Shown: positions 19,089 to 29,743, counted from the stretch's first letter. The stretch: DNA of 64,000 bases from an uncultured Ignavibacteriota bacterium (GCA_903884005.1 CAISDA010000004.1:46218-110217), one strand, 5' to 3'. Program-made: numbers and translations. Notes: generated by a model from the sequence alone, not told the origin.

Positions 19089-20345
19089 ATGAATCTAGAT
19101 CAAGCGCTCGAAATCCGAAACCAAAAAATCCTCGCCGCACTGGAAAACCAGGACACCACCGTTGAATTCGACGATGCCCTGGAAAATGCGATGGTGCTCA
19201 ACATGGGCCCCCAGCATCCGGCCACGCACGGCGTGCTCCGCCTTCTCATCAAGCTGGACGGCGAAACGGTGGCGGCCTGCGTTCCCGAACTCGGTTACCT
19301 GCATCGCGGCTATGAAAAACTCGCCGAGAACTGTTCGTTCCACGAATTCATACCGCACACGGACAGGCTCGACTATATTTCGCCGTTGATGAACAACACG
19401 GCATACGTTCTTGCCGTTGAGAAGCTCATCGGCATCGAGGCCCCCCGGCGCACGAAGTTCATACGCACCATCATCTCCGAACTGGCGCGCATCTCGTCGC
19501 ACCTTATCGCAATCGGAGCAATGGCGATGGATGTCGGCGCGCTCACCGTGTTCACGTGGACGTTCACCGAACGCGAAAAACTCTACGATATTTTTCAAGC
19601 GCTCACCGGCGCGCGCTTCACGACGAGTTATACGCGCGTCGGCGGCGTCGCGCAGGATATGACGCCGGAACATGCGGCGATGATCTCGGCGTTCCTCGAT
19701 CAGTTCCCCGCCAAGCTCGACGAAAGCGCGAGCCTGCTCAACACGAACCGCATCTTCATCGAACGAACGGACGGCGTCGGCGTCATTTCGCGCGAAAAGG
19801 CGATCGCCATGGGCATGACGGGGCCGTGCCTGCGCGGAGCCGGCGTCGAGCACGATATCCGGCGCGCGGAACCTTACCTCGTCTACGACGAGCTGGATTT
19901 CGACGTTCCCACATTTTCCGAAGGCGATGCGCTCGCCCGATATTACGTGCGCCTCAATGAAATGAAACAGAGCGTGCTCATCATCCGCCAGACGTTACAG
20001 AAGATCCCGGCGGGACCGATCCACGCGCTCGAGCCGAAAAAAGTGCTGCCCCGCAAGGAGCGCATCTATACGAAGATGGAAGAATTGATACACGATTTCA
20101 TGATCATCAATCACGGTATCTCGCCGCCGCCGGGAGAAGTGTACCACGCGGTCGAGGGATCGAAAGGCGAGCTCGGATTTTATATCCAGAGCAGAGGCGG
20201 CGCCCAGCCGTGGCGAATGAAGATCCGCTCCCCTTCGTTCATGAACCTGCAGTCTGTGCCGCTCCTCGTGAAAGGCCAGTTGATCTCCGACATCGTCGCG
20301 ATCCTCGGCTCGGTCGATCCCGTGATGGGCGAAGCCGACAAATGA
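19089..20345 (+). CDS. nuoD: NADH-quinone oxidoreductase subunit D
   Basis: NMGPQHPATHGVLRL, ELGYLHRGYEKL, and C-terminal GSVDPVMGEADK. Confidence 0.95.
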   Translation: MNLDQALEIRNQKILAALENQDTTVEFDDALENAMVLNMGPQHPATHGVLRLLIKLDGETVAACVPELGYLHRGYEKLAENCSFHEFIPHTDRLDYISPLMNNTAYVLAVEKLIGIEAPRRTKFIRTIISELARISSHLIAIGAMAMDVGALTVFTWTFTEREKLYDIFQALTGARFTTSYTRVGGVAQDMTPEHAAMISAFLDQFPAKLDESASLLNTNRIFIERTDGVGVISREKAIAMGMTGPCLRGAGVEHDIRRAEPYLVYDELDFDVPTFSEGDALARYYVRLNEMKQSVLIIRQTLQKIPAGPIHALEPKKVLPRKERIYTKMEELIHDFMIINHGISPPPGEVYHAVEGSKGELGFYIQSRGGAQPWRMKIRSPSFMNLQSVPLLVKGQLISDIVAILGSVDPVMGEADK

Positions 20346-20402
20346 TTGTTCTATTTTTCCCGGGGCGGGATGTTCTCCCGCCCCGATTTTCACCACTAAC
20401 AC

Positions 20403-20873
20403 ATGTCTATGCTTTCTCAAGAAAATCTCAATAAGGTCGAGGCCATTCGCGGGCATTATCCCGACAGCAAAGCCGCACTGCTTCCCGCGCTGTGGATCGC
20501 GCAGGACCAGGAAGGCTGGATCTCGACGGAGATGATGAGCTACCTCGGCGACCTGCTCGGCGTGAGCCACGCACACGTGCTCGGTGTCGTCACATTCTAC
20601 ACCATGTTCATAGACAAGCCTCAGGGCAAATACCACATCGAGGTCTGTACGAACGTCTCATGTCTGCTCCGCGGGTCGGACGGCATCATGGACACGGTCC
20701 GCAAATGCACCGGAGCGAAACCGGGTGAGACATCGGCGGATGGAAAATTTACCGTAAGCGAAGTTGAATGCATGGGCGCTTGCGGCGGCGCACCGATGAT
20801 CGCCATCGGTGAAGAGTACTACGAACGCCTCACTGCCGACAAGCTCGAAGCAATTCTAAAACAATTAGCGTAA
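20403..20873 (+). CDS. nuoE: NADH-quinone oxidoreductase subunit E (2Fe-2S)
   Basis: VCTNVSCLLRG ... VECMGACGGAPM is the four-Cys pattern of NuoE. Confidence 0.93.
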   Translation: MSMLSQENLNKVEAIRGHYPDSKAALLPALWIAQDQEGWISTEMMSYLGDLLGVSHAHVLGVVTFYTMFIDKPQGKYHIEVCTNVSCLLRGSDGIMDTVRKCTGAKPGETSADGKFTVSEVECMGACGGAPMIAIGEEYYERLTADKLEAILKQLA

Positions 20874-20874
20874 C

Positions 20875-22131
20875 ATGGAAAAATACATTCTCCCTGAGAT
20901 ACCGGACTATCACACGCTTCCCGTGTACGAACAACACGGCGGGTACGGTGCGTTGAAAAAAGCCCTCACGATGAAGCCGGAAGAGATCATCGACGAACTG
21001 AAAAAATCGAATCTTCGCGGACGCGGAGGCGCGTGCTTCCCGACGGGACTCAAATGGTCGTTCATGCCGAAGGGCACCGCAATTCCGAAATATCTGGCCG
21101 TCAACGGAGACGAGTCCGAGCCGGGCACGTTCAAGGACCGGATGATCTTCGAATTGAATCCGCACCAGCTCATCGAGGGGATCCTCATCGGCTGCTATGC
21201 GATGGGCATTACGGCAGCCTACGTCTACATCCGCGGCGAGTACGGCAAATGGGTCACAATGCTGCAGAAGGCGGTCGACGACGCGTACGCGAAAGGCTAC
21301 ATCGGCACCGGGATCCTCGGCACAGAGTTCTCGACACATATTTATCTGCACAAGGGCGCGGGCGCCTACATCTGCGGAGAGGAATCTGCGCTCATGAACT
21401 CGATCGAAGGCGGACGCGGGCTGCCCCGCATCAAGCCTCCGTTCCCCGCGGCATTCGGTTTGTGGGGCAAGCCCACCACGATCAACAATATTGAAACGAT
21501 CGCGAATGTGCCGCTCATCCTTAACAAAGGCTGGGAATGGTATTCGAAGATCGGCGCGGTGAAGCATCCGGGACCGATACTGGTGGGCATCAGCGGCCAT
21601 GTCACGAGGCCGGGAGTCTATGAGGTTCCCACTGGCGTTCTTCTGACCGATCTGATCGATGAATACGCGGGCGGAATGCTTGACGGGAAAAAATTAAAGG
21701 CCCTCATTCCCGGCGGCTCCTCCACTATGATTCTCCGCGCCGAGCATGTCCCAGGCGTCACGATGGATGCCGATTCATTGAAAGCGGCCGGCTCCTCGGT
21801 GGGAACAGCGGGCATGATCGTGATGAACGAAGACACGGATCTGATCCGGGTCATCACGCGCATCGCAAAATTTTATTATCATGAATCCTGCGGACAGTGC
21901 ACCCCATGCCGCGAGGGCACGGGCTGGCTCTGGAAAATATTGAAGCGCTTCGAAACGGGCGACGCCAGCCTTGCAGACATCGATCTCCTGCTGGATGTCG
22001 CCAACAACATTGAGGGCAATACCATTTGCGCGCTCGGCGACGCGGCGGCGTGGCCGGTGCAAAGCATGATCAAGCGGTTCCGGGAAGAATTCGAGAAACG
22101 CGTCAAACCCGTTCAGGCACTTGCAGTATAA
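20875..22131 (+). CDS. nuoF: NADH-quinone oxidoreductase subunit F (FMN/NADH-binding, 4Fe-4S)
   Basis: GRGGACFPTGLKW, GAGAYICGEESAL, ESCGQCTPCREG. Confidence 0.95.
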   Translation: MEKYILPEIPDYHTLPVYEQHGGYGALKKALTMKPEEIIDELKKSNLRGRGGACFPTGLKWSFMPKGTAIPKYLAVNGDESEPGTFKDRMIFELNPHQLIEGILIGCYAMGITAAYVYIRGEYGKWVTMLQKAVDDAYAKGYIGTGILGTEFSTHIYLHKGAGAYICGEESALMNSIEGGRGLPRIKPPFPAAFGLWGKPTTINNIETIANVPLILNKGWEWYSKIGAVKHPGPILVGISGHVTRPGVYEVPTGVLLTDLIDEYAGGMLDGKKLKALIPGGSSTMILRAEHVPGVTMDADSLKAAGSSVGTAGMIVMNEDTDLIRVITRIAKFYYHESCGQCTPCREGTGWLWKILKRFETGDASLADIDLLLDVANNIEGNTICALGDAAAWPVQSMIKRFREEFEKRVKPVQALAV

Positions 22132-22137
22132 CAACCG

Positions 22138-22174
22138 CGCCGATAACGACACACTGTTATCGGCGTTTTTTTTT
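22138..22174 (+). terminator. Strong intrinsic terminator immediately after nuoF
   Basis: CGCCGATAAC-GACACACT-GTTATCGGCG (10 bp perfect) followed by nine T residues, starting 7 nt after the nuoF stop. Confidence 0.9.
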
Positions 22175-22203
22175 CGCTCACCATCAGCTCTCATACCACC
22201 ATC

Positions 22204-23145
22204 ATGCACATACTCAAACCGCACGCACTCAAAAAAGGCGATGTCATCGGCATCATTGCTCCGGCCAGCGCACCGATCTCTCAGGAACGAATAGACAAGG
22301 GGGCTGAGTATCTGGAGCGGCTCGGGTACCGCGTCAAGTTTGGAGCCAATGTCCGCGCCGTCCGCGGCTATCTCGCCGGAACCGACCGGGAGCGCGCAGA
22401 CGACATCAATGCAATGTTCGCCGATTCGTCCGTGAAGGCGATCATTGCAGTGCGGGGCGGATACGGAACACCGCGCCTGCTGCACCTGGTAGATTATGCG
22501 CTGATCAGAAAGAATCCTAAAATTCTTGTCGGATACAGCGACCTCACCGCGCTGCAGCTCGCCATTTTCAGGAAGACCGGACTCGTCACATTCTCGGGCC
22601 CGATGTCCGGCGTTGAAATGGCGAAAGGGATCGATCCGTTCACCGAAGAACATTTCTGGCGCACGGTAACATCCACAAAAAAAACGGGACCGGTGCACAA
22701 TCCCGACGGTCTGCCCTTCGAAGTCATTCATAAGGGAAAAACCACCGGCGTACTTCTTGGCGGGAATTTGTCGCTGATTTCATCGATCGTCGGGACACCG
22801 TATCTGCCGTCGTTTAAGAACGCGATCCTCTTCCTTGAAGAGATCGAGGAGGAATGTTATCGGTTCGACCGGATGCTGTGCCAGCTTCGTCTCGCCGGAA
22901 TTTTACGGGATGCCAAGGGCATCGTGATCGGCGAACTGACGGATGTGAAGGCATCCGATACAACGAAACCGTTCCTGACCGCCGATGAAGTGGTGAACGA
23001 TTATTTCGGCGATATGGCGAAGCCCGTTATGCGGAATCTTGTCTACGGCCATGTGCCGCGCAAACTCACCATACCCGTGGGTATCACGGCCTCGATGGAC
23101 GCGTCCAGGCGCACGCTCTCATTCACCGAAAGCGCCGTCGTCTGA
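22204..23145 (+). CDS. ldcA: LD-carboxypeptidase (S66 family, muramoyltetrapeptide carboxypeptidase-like)
   Basis: LKKGDVIGIIAPASAP, nucleophile context VGYSDLTALQ, and C-terminal YGHVPRKLTIPVG. Confidence 0.82.
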   Translation: MHILKPHALKKGDVIGIIAPASAPISQERIDKGAEYLERLGYRVKFGANVRAVRGYLAGTDRERADDINAMFADSSVKAIIAVRGGYGTPRLLHLVDYALIRKNPKILVGYSDLTALQLAIFRKTGLVTFSGPMSGVEMAKGIDPFTEEHFWRTVTSTKKTGPVHNPDGLPFEVIHKGKTTGVLLGGNLSLISSIVGTPYLPSFKNAILFLEEIEEECYRFDRMLCQLRLAGILRDAKGIVIGELTDVKASDTTKPFLTADEVVNDYFGDMAKPVMRNLVYGHVPRKLTIPVGITASMDASRRTLSFTESAVV

Positions 23146-23228
23146 CGGAGGTTGTTTAAACGTGAAAATGCGTCTTGCGTATAGTGACATAATAACGTAC
23201 ATTAAGACAACATAATAACGGAGGTTTT

Positions 23229-23504
23229 ATGTACGATATCGACATACGGAACATCACTCCCCTTACCGATTTTCGCAATAACATCAAAAAGTACCTGGAA
23301 GAGATCAGTATTCATAAAAAGCCCATCGTTCTCACTCAACATGGCAAGAGTGCTGCTGTGATCATGGATGCCGGAAAATACCAGGAAATGCAGGACCAAA
23401 TAGATTTTATGAGAAAAGTTACACTCGGTCTTGAAGATTATCGTGAAGGGCGTATTGTACCTGTTGATGCTGTCTTTAACGAGATCGATCAGATGTTCAG
23501 TTGA
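23229..23504 (+). CDS. Phd/YefM-family type II antitoxin
   Basis: 91 aa with ITPLTDFRNNIKKYLEEISIHKKPIVLTQHGKSAAVIMDAGKYQEMQ, the typical Phd/YefM N-terminal fold sequence. Sits directly upstream of a RelE/ParE-like ORF. Confidence 0.85.
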   Translation: MYDIDIRNITPLTDFRNNIKKYLEEISIHKKPIVLTQHGKSAAVIMDAGKYQEMQDQIDFMRKVTLGLEDYREGRIVPVDAVFNEIDQMFS

Positions 23505-23515
23505 ACGGAGCAGGT

Positions 23516-23794
23516 ATGAAAATAGTTTTTTCCCAAGCCGCCCAAAAAGATTTGATCGATACTATTACCTATGTTTCAAACGACAAGCCGAAAGCAGCAC
23601 GTCATTGGGCCAATGAGATCAAAAAATCCATACGGAAGTTAAGTGATTTACCCCGTATGGGCAGGATCGTTCCCGAATTCTCAGATGAAAGCATTCGGGA
23701 GATAATCAAAGGTCACTATAGAATTGTTTATAAAACAGACACGAATACCATCGCTATTCTCGCTGTTCATCACTCAAAAAAACTTCTCCTCTAA
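23516..23794 (+). CDS. RelE/ParE-family type II toxin
   Basis: MKIVFSQAAQKDLIDTITYV...GRIVPEFSDESIREIIKGHYRIVYKTDTNTIAILAVHH. GGAGCAGG lies upstream of the ATG at 23516. The ORF-track TTG at 23501 would overlap the antitoxin stop. Confidence 0.82.
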   Translation: MKIVFSQAAQKDLIDTITYVSNDKPKAARHWANEIKKSIRKLSDLPRMGRIVPEFSDESIREIIKGHYRIVYKTDTNTIAILAVHHSKKLLL

Positions 23795-23867
23795 ATCTCT
23801 TCACACAATGTGACAAGGCCCGTCATCCGTGTGGTATCCATGGCATTCGATGCTCCGTTAGTGATCG

Positions 23868-25085
23868 CTATTCGTACCGGAGCGCGTCGATCGGGTTGAG
23901 CATCGCGGCTTTGCGTGCCGGATAAAAGCCGAAAAATATTCCAACCGCGGCAGAAAAAACAAACGCCATCCCCACCGACATCGTAGACACAACGGTTGGC
24001 CACCCGGCCAGAACGGAGATGAGCTTCGACGCACTCACGCCGAGGATCACACCGATCAATCCGCCGAACAGGCTCAGCACCATTGCCTCGATAAGAAACT
24101 GAAACAGAATATCCCTGCCGCGCGCGCCGATGGACATACGAATGCCGATCTCTCTCGTCCGCTCGGTCACAGACACGAGCATGATATTCATGATGCCGAT
24201 GCCGCCCACCAGAAGCGAGATCGACGCGATCGATGCGAGCAGGATCGTCAGCACCTGCGTTGTCGATTCCGCCGCGCTGGCGATCTCCGTCTGGCTGCGC
24301 ACGGTAAAGTCGTTGTCTTCCCACGCCTGGATCTTATGGCGCGAACGAAGCAGTTCTGAGATCTGCGACTGCGCGTCAGTCATCGCGTCGTCGCTGATGG
24401 CGGATGCGAGCATCATGCCAAGGAATGTGACACCCATGAGCTTTTTCTGCACCGTGGTGAACGGGGCGATGATCACATCGTCCTGGTCCGACCCCTGGGC
24501 CGATTGGCCTTTCATTGCAAGCACGCCGACAACCTTGAACGGCAATTTTTTAATGCGGATGATCGCACCGATGCAATCGCCGCCCTTGAATAAATTATCG
24601 ACAACGGTCTGGCCGAGCACGCAGACCTTAGTGGCGCCGCGCACATCGGCTTCGGTAAAATATTGACCGCTCGAGACAGGCCAATTGCGTATCGCAAAAT
24701 ATTCCTCCGTCCCTCCCATCACCTGCGTCGCCCAATTATTGTCCGCGAACACGACCTGTCCCCCAGTGCGGATTGCAGGAGAGACCATCTGCACTGCAGA
24801 GCACTGGTTCTTGATTGCGGCCAGATCATCGGGTGTCAACGAAGACATGCTGCCCATGCCTCCTCGCACACCGGCCTGGTTCGAGGAACCCGGAAAAATC
24901 ATCAGCACGTTCGTGCCGAGGGATGCGATCTGTTCTTCGATGCGCGACTGCGCGCCGCGGCCGACCGCCATCATCGCAATGACGGCGCCGACACCGATGA
25001 TGATGCCGAGCATCGTCAAAAACGACCGCAGTTTATTTCTGTTCAACGACCGCATTGCGACCTTGAGAATATTCAGAATGTTCAT
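23868..25085 (-). CDS. ABC transporter permease, MacB/FtsX type (periplasmic domain plus FtsX 4-TM)
   Basis: 405 aa. N-terminal TM ([20 protein letters not shown]), a large periplasmic domain, and C-terminal FtsX-like TMs with [14 protein letters not shown]. Confidence 0.88.
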   Translation of the reverse strand: MNILNILKVAMRSLNRNKLRSFLTMLGIIIGVGAVIAMMAVGRGAQSRIEEQIASLGTNVLMIFPGSSNQAGVRGGMGSMSSLTPDDLAAIKNQCSAVQMVSPAIRTGGQVVFADNNWATQVMGGTEEYFAIRNWPVSSGQYFTEADVRGATKVCVLGQTVVDNLFKGGDCIGAIIRIKKLPFKVVGVLAMKGQSAQGSDQDDVIIAPFTTVQKKLMGVTFLGMMLASAISDDAMTDAQSQISELLRSRHKIQAWEDNDFTVRSQTEIASAAESTTQVLTILLASIASISLLVGGIGIMNIMLVSVTERTREIGIRMSIGARGRDILFQFLIEAMVLSLFGGLIGVILGVSASKLISVLAGWPTVVSTMSVGMAFVFSAAVGIFFGFYPARKAAMLNPIDALRYE

Positions 25086-25852
25086 GCTGCCTCCTCCTCC
25101 GCATCATCTTCACCGATGGCGGGAAGGGTCTTGAGGTGTTCTGTTGCGTTGCGGCGCTTTTCCACCAAAATGTCGGATTTGACTCTTCCGTCCTTAAAAA
25201 TAACATTCCGTTTCGTATACTCGGCGATGTCGGGCTCATGCGTCACAAGAATGATCGTGATGCCGCGCTCGTTCAGGTGCTGAAAGATCTCCATCACTTC
25301 CACGCTCGTGCGGCTGTCCAGGTTGCCCGTGGGTTCATCGGCCAGAATGATCGCCGGATCGTTCACAAGCGACCGTGCAATGGCGACACGCTGCTGCTGC
25401 CCGCCGGAGAGTTGATTGGGCATGTGATGATACCGGTCTGCAAGGCCCACGATCCGAAGCGCCTCCATGGCGCGGTCCGTCCGCTCCTTGTTCGTGAGGT
25501 TGTTATAGAACATCGGCAGTTCGACGTTCTCCAGCGCAGTGGTGCGCGAGAGCAGATTGAACCCCTGAAACACAAAGCCGATCTTCTCGTTGCGTATCCG
25601 CGCCAGCTGGTTCTTATCCAGTCTTCCAACGTTGACGCCGTCCAGCACGTACTCGCCTTTGTTGGGCACATCGAGGCAGCCGAGGATGTTCATGAACGTC
25701 GATTTTCCGGATCCCGACGCGCCCATGATCGCCACAAACTCTTTTCTGTGGATGTCTATCGACACGCTTCGCAACGCATGCACCTCCACATCGCCCATGA
25801 TGTAGGTCTTGTGAAGATGCTTTGTAGAAATAATAAGAGGTGAATCAGCCAT
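25082..25852 (-). CDS. ABC transporter ATP-binding protein (MacB/LolD-like)
   Basis: Walker [10 protein letters not shown], signature [15 protein letters not shown], Walker [16 protein letters not shown] overlap with the permease gene. Confidence 0.93.
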   Translation of the reverse strand: MADSPLIISTKHLHKTYIMGDVEVHALRSVSIDIHRKEFVAIMGASGSGKSTFMNILGCLDVPNKGEYVLDGVNVGRLDKNQLARIRNEKIGFVFQGFNLLSRTTALENVELPMFYNNLTNKERTDRAMEALRIVGLADRYHHMPNQLSGGQQQRVAIARSLVNDPAIILADEPTGNLDSRTSVEVMEIFQHLNERGITIILVTHEPDIAEYTKRNVIFKDGRVKSDILVEKRRNATEHLKTLPAIGEDDAEEEAA

Positions 25853-25929
25853 TGTCTTTGTTCAATTAAAAAAGAAATACAGTAATGTTAAGAATGTCGG
25901 TCCGTACATGTGCCACGTGCGCGCGGGAA

Positions 25930-27243
25930 TTACCGCCCGCGGCCTCCGCCGCCGCCTTGCTGCTGGAACGGAGTGTTGGTGGCCGTCGCGGCCGCCTTCT
26001 GCATCACGACACCGGACACGATCTGCATCCCTTCGGTGATCTTCGGCGAAGAAACCTCGGTGTATGTTCCATCGGTAAGGCCGATCTTCACGCCGACCGA
26101 TTCCAATTTCTTATTTTGATTCAGCACCCACACCTTGCCGATGCCTCGTGCAGCCATCCGGCGCTGCATTGCCTGGGCGTCGAAGCCGCCGCCCGATCCC
26201 ATTCCCTGGCCCTGACCTCCGCCCTGGCCTCCGCCTTGCTGCGAATACTGCCGGCGGCGTTCGGCACGTGCCGAATCGACCTGTCCCCCGCCCTGGCCTG
26301 CGCTGTCCTTGCGCGCCTCAAGTTGTTCTGCGGGAGGCTGGAACTTCAGCGCTATCGTCGGAACTTTTAAGATCGCTTCATTCTTTTGCACGAGCACTGT
26401 CACCGTCGCCGTCATGCCAGGCATCAATTTCTTGTCCTCGTTCGGCACATTAATCACCACCACATAATTGACGACATTCTGCACAGTAACCGGGGCGAGA
26501 CGCACCTGGCTGACGGTGCCGCGAAACACTTGTTCGGCATACGCATCGACGGTGAACGAAACAATCTGGCCGGTCTGCACCTTGCCGATATCTGCCTCGT
26601 CCACATTGGCGAGCACCTGCATCTTGGTCAGGTCATTGGCGATCGTAAAGAGCGTCGGGGACGAAAAACTCGCGGCCACCGTTTGGCCGACATCCACCTG
26701 GCGCGAGATCACGACACCGTCGATGGGTGCCCGGATCGTAGCGTAGTCCAGGTTGATCTGCGCGCGTTCATGCTGCGCTTCTGCCTGCGTCTTGGCGGCT
26801 TTATTCGATTCGAACGTTGTGAGCGCGGCGTCGTAATCGGCCTGCGAAGCGAGGTTCTTATTGAGCAGTGTCGTTGCACGGTCCAAGGCTCGTTTCGATT
26901 CGTTATACTGTGCCAGTGCCCGCTGACGGCTCGCATCTGCATCGCGCACGGACTGCTGCAGCATAGTCGGATCGATCAACGCGACGATCTGATTCTTCTT
27001 CACATGATCATTAAAATCCACATTGATCTTTGCGATGATGCCCGAAACCTGGGTGCCGACCTGGACAGTCGTGACGGCGCTGAGCGTTCCCGTTGCCGTG
27101 ACGACCATTTGAATATCGCCGCGCGAAATCTTATCGAAACGGTACTGCACGTCCGCGTTCTTTCCCGCGGCAAGAAAAAAATATAAGCCCGCCGCAAGTA
27201 CTACCAGAAGAACCGGTCCGCCGATGATATATGACTTTTTCAT
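25930..27243 (-). CDS. Efflux periplasmic adaptor (HlyD/MacA family) with Gly/Gln-rich insertions
   Basis: N-terminal TM, coiled-coil hairpin (QQSVRDADASRQRALAQYNESKRALDRA...), beta-barrel (ATIRAPIDGVVISR). Unusual GQGGGQ...GGGQGGGQGQGMGSGGG insertion and a QQQGGGGGRGR tail. Confidence 0.85.
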   Translation of the reverse strand: MKKSYIIGGPVLLVVLAAGLYFFLAAGKNADVQYRFDKISRGDIQMVVTATGTLSAVTTVQVGTQVSGIIAKINVDFNDHVKKNQIVALIDPTMLQQSVRDADASRQRALAQYNESKRALDRATTLLNKNLASQADYDAALTTFESNKAAKTQAEAQHERAQINLDYATIRAPIDGVVISRQVDVGQTVAASFSSPTLFTIANDLTKMQVLANVDEADIGKVQTGQIVSFTVDAYAEQVFRGTVSQVRLAPVTVQNVVNYVVVINVPNEDKKLMPGMTATVTVLVQKNEAILKVPTIALKFQPPAEQLEARKDSAGQGGGQVDSARAERRRQYSQQGGGQGGGQGQGMGSGGGFDAQAMQRRMAARGIGKVWVLNQNKKLESVGVKIGLTDGTYTEVSSPKITEGMQIVSGVVMQKAAATATNTPFQQQGGGGGRGR

Positions 27244-27365
27244 TGAGTGTAAATCCGCTGTCTTTGAATAAAATGAAGGATGGTTGTTAATTGTCTCTGT
27301 TTTGACACACTCGGCAACCGATAGTTTAATTGCGGATGGTCAAAGCCCAGGGCATCACCGCACGA

Positions 27366-27406
27366 ACCGAATGCAAGGCACGATGTTCATGTACCTTGCA
27401 TTCGGT
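27366..27406. other. 13-bp perfect inverted repeat with a 15-nt loop; possible U-tract-less terminator of maeB
   Basis: ACCGAATGCAAGG-N15-CCTTGCATTCGGT, read directly. It lies 28 nt downstream of the maeB stop on the minus strand, and no T-run follows. Confidence 0.5.
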
Positions 27407-27433
27407 CTCTGTACGCATTGCACTGAAAAACAG

Positions 27434-29686
27434 TTACTGCCCGGCTTCGACCGCACAGATCGCCGTCATGTTCACGATATCCGTCACATCGGCATTCCGG
27501 TTCAGCACGTGCACCGGTTTTGCCATGCCCATCAGGATCGGCCCGATGATGTCCACTTGTCCGATCTGTCCGAGCAGCTTGCACGCGATGTGGGCGGATT
27601 CCAGGTTCGGGAAAATGAGCACATTGGCCGCCTTATCGAGCGTCGTAAACGGATAATTCTTCCGCAGTTCGCTTGACACGATCGCCAGGTCGGCATGCAT
27701 TTCACCGTCGATGATGAGCGCGGGATCCATCTTGTGCACTAATTCGACGGCACGCGCCATTTTTTTATTCTGCGGGTATTCGGCGCTTCCGAAATTAGAG
27801 AACGAAATCATCGCCACACGCGGCACGATGCCGAAGCTGCGAACCGTCTCTGCAGCCGCCATGGCGATCTCGGCAAGTGTTTCAGCATCGGGGTCCACAT
27901 TCACGATCGGGTCGGCCATAAAATAGAGTTCTTTTTTCCCGACAACGACGTTCATACCCGACACATGCGTCGTGCCCGGTTTCGTGCCGATGATCTGCAG
28001 TGCGGGCCGTATTGTTTCCGGATAATGGGCGTTCAGTCCGGCGATCATGCCATCGGCTTCGCCGAGGTGGACCATCATGGAAGCGAAGTTGAAACGCGAC
28101 CGGATCCGGTCTTCGGCTTCCGCAAACTTCAATCCCTTTCTCTGGCGGAGGCGGAAAAGTTCCTCGGCATATTCTTTCATCCGGGGGAACTTCTTCGTAT
28201 CGACGATCTCTATCACTCCGTGAATGTCGAGGGACAATTCCTTCGCCAAGCGCATGATCTTCTCTTCCGAGCCGATGAGAACGGGCCGGGCGATGTTCTG
28301 ATCCACGATCATCTGCGCCGCGCGGAGAATGCGCGGCTCGTCGCCGTCGGGGAACACGATGCGCTTGTGCGTGGTCTGCGCTTTGTTGATCAACAGATGC
28401 ACGAACTGTTTGGAGCGGCCAAGCCGTTCTTCAAGGTGGTCCCGATATTCATCCCAATCGTCGATCGCGATGCGGGCGACGCCCGAATCCATTGCGGCCT
28501 TTGCCACTGCCGGCGCAACGCGCGTGAGCACGCGCGCATCGAACGGTTTCGGGATGATATAGTCGCGGCCGAACCGGATCTCTGCTCCGCCGTACGCTTT
28601 AATGACGGCATCCGGCACGTCTTCTTTCGCAAGGCCAGCGAGCGCGTTGACCGCCGCTATCTTCATTTCTTCGTTGATCGTCTTGGCACGCACATCGAGC
28701 GCTCCGCGGAAGATGAACGGGAAGCCGAGCACGTTGTTGACCTGGTTGGGATAATCCGAACGGCCCGACGCGTACAGCACATCGGCGCGCACTGCCAGCA
28801 CTTCTTCGGGCATGATCTCGGGATCTGGATTGGCCATGGCGAAGATGACCGCATTCGGCGCGAGCGTTTTCACCATTTCCTGTGTCATGGCGCCTTTCAC
28901 CGACAGTCCCATGAACACATCCGCGCCGACAACCGCCTCGGCAAGCGTCCGGGCAGGCGTGTCGTTCTCGAATTTTACTTTGTATGGATTCATGTCGTTC
29001 GTGCGGCCCTTGTAGATGACGCCCTTGCTGTCGCACATGATGAGATTTTCTTTTTTCACGCCGAGCAGCATCTGCAGGTTCGCGCAGGCAATGGATGCGG
29101 CGCCGGCACCGTTGAACACGACCTTCACTTCGTCGATCTTCTTGTTCACCAGCTCGAGCGCATTGATGAGCGCTGCCGCGCTGATGATCGCGGTGCCGTG
29201 CTGATCGTCATGAAACACGGGAATGTTCATGGTCTTGCGCAGTTCCTCTTCGACGATGAAGCATTCCGGCGCCTTGATGTCTTCCAGATTGATGCCGCCG
29301 AATGTCGGTTCGAGCGCCTGTACCGTGCGGATGACTTCCTCCGCCGTCGGGGCGCGCAGTTCGATGTCGAACACGTCGATGTCCGCAAATTTTTTGAACA
29401 GCACAGCCTTTCCTTCCATCACCGGTTTGCCCGCTTCGGGTCCGATATTGCCCAGGCCGAGCACCGCTGTGCCGTTGGAGACCACAGCAACGAGGTTCCC
29501 CTTCGCCGTATATTTATAGACGTCTTCGGGATTTTTCTTGATCGCCAGACACGGCACTGCAACTCCCGGAGTGTACGCAAGCGACAGATCATACTGTGTG
29601 GAAAACGGCTTGGTGGGAGTGATCTCGAGTTTGCCCGCACGGCCCGAACTATGATAGTCAAGAGCTTCTTCGTCACGAATCTTCAT
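27434..29686 (-). CDS. maeB: NADP-dependent malic enzyme (malic enzyme plus phosphotransacetylase-like C-terminal domain)
   Basis: 750 aa. N-terminal [10 protein letters not shown] and [10 protein letters not shown]. The C-terminal ~330 aa is PTA-like ([17 protein letters not shown]). Confidence 0.92.
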   Translation of the reverse strand: MKIRDEEALDYHSSGRAGKLEITPTKPFSTQYDLSLAYTPGVAVPCLAIKKNPEDVYKYTAKGNLVAVVSNGTAVLGLGNIGPEAGKPVMEGKAVLFKKFADIDVFDIELRAPTAEEVIRTVQALEPTFGGINLEDIKAPECFIVEEELRKTMNIPVFHDDQHGTAIISAAALINALELVNKKIDEVKVVFNGAGAASIACANLQMLLGVKKENLIMCDSKGVIYKGRTNDMNPYKVKFENDTPARTLAEAVVGADVFMGLSVKGAMTQEMVKTLAPNAVIFAMANPDPEIMPEEVLAVRADVLYASGRSDYPNQVNNVLGFPFIFRGALDVRAKTINEEMKIAAVNALAGLAKEDVPDAVIKAYGGAEIRFGRDYIIPKPFDARVLTRVAPAVAKAAMDSGVARIAIDDWDEYRDHLEERLGRSKQFVHLLINKAQTTHKRIVFPDGDEPRILRAAQMIVDQNIARPVLIGSEEKIMRLAKELSLDIHGVIEIVDTKKFPRMKEYAEELFRLRQRKGLKFAEAEDRIRSRFNFASMMVHLGEADGMIAGLNAHYPETIRPALQIIGTKPGTTHVSGMNVVVGKKELYFMADPIVNVDPDAETLAEIAMAAAETVRSFGIVPRVAMISFSNFGSAEYPQNKKMARAVELVHKMDPALIIDGEMHADLAIVSSELRKNYPFTTLDKAANVLIFPNLESAHIACKLLGQIGQVDIIGPILMGMAKPVHVLNRNADVTDIVNMTAICAVEAGQ

Positions 29687-29743
29687 TGTATATTCCTCCC
29701 CATGGGAAAGTGGTAAGTGTAGTGATTGGGAATCCGACAGGTT

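Noticed and set aside
21775-22731. 318-aa minus-strand ORF spanning the nuoF 3' end, the strong nuoF terminator and the ldcA 5' half.
   Set aside because: It crosses an intergenic terminator and overlaps two well-supported genes on the other strand. Its composition is shadow-ORF-like.
23791-24324. 177-aa minus-strand ORF in an alternative frame of the MacB-type permease gene.
   Set aside because: It lies on the same strand as the clear FtsX-type permease frame but out of frame with it. Its translation is Arg/Asp/Gly-rich with no motif.
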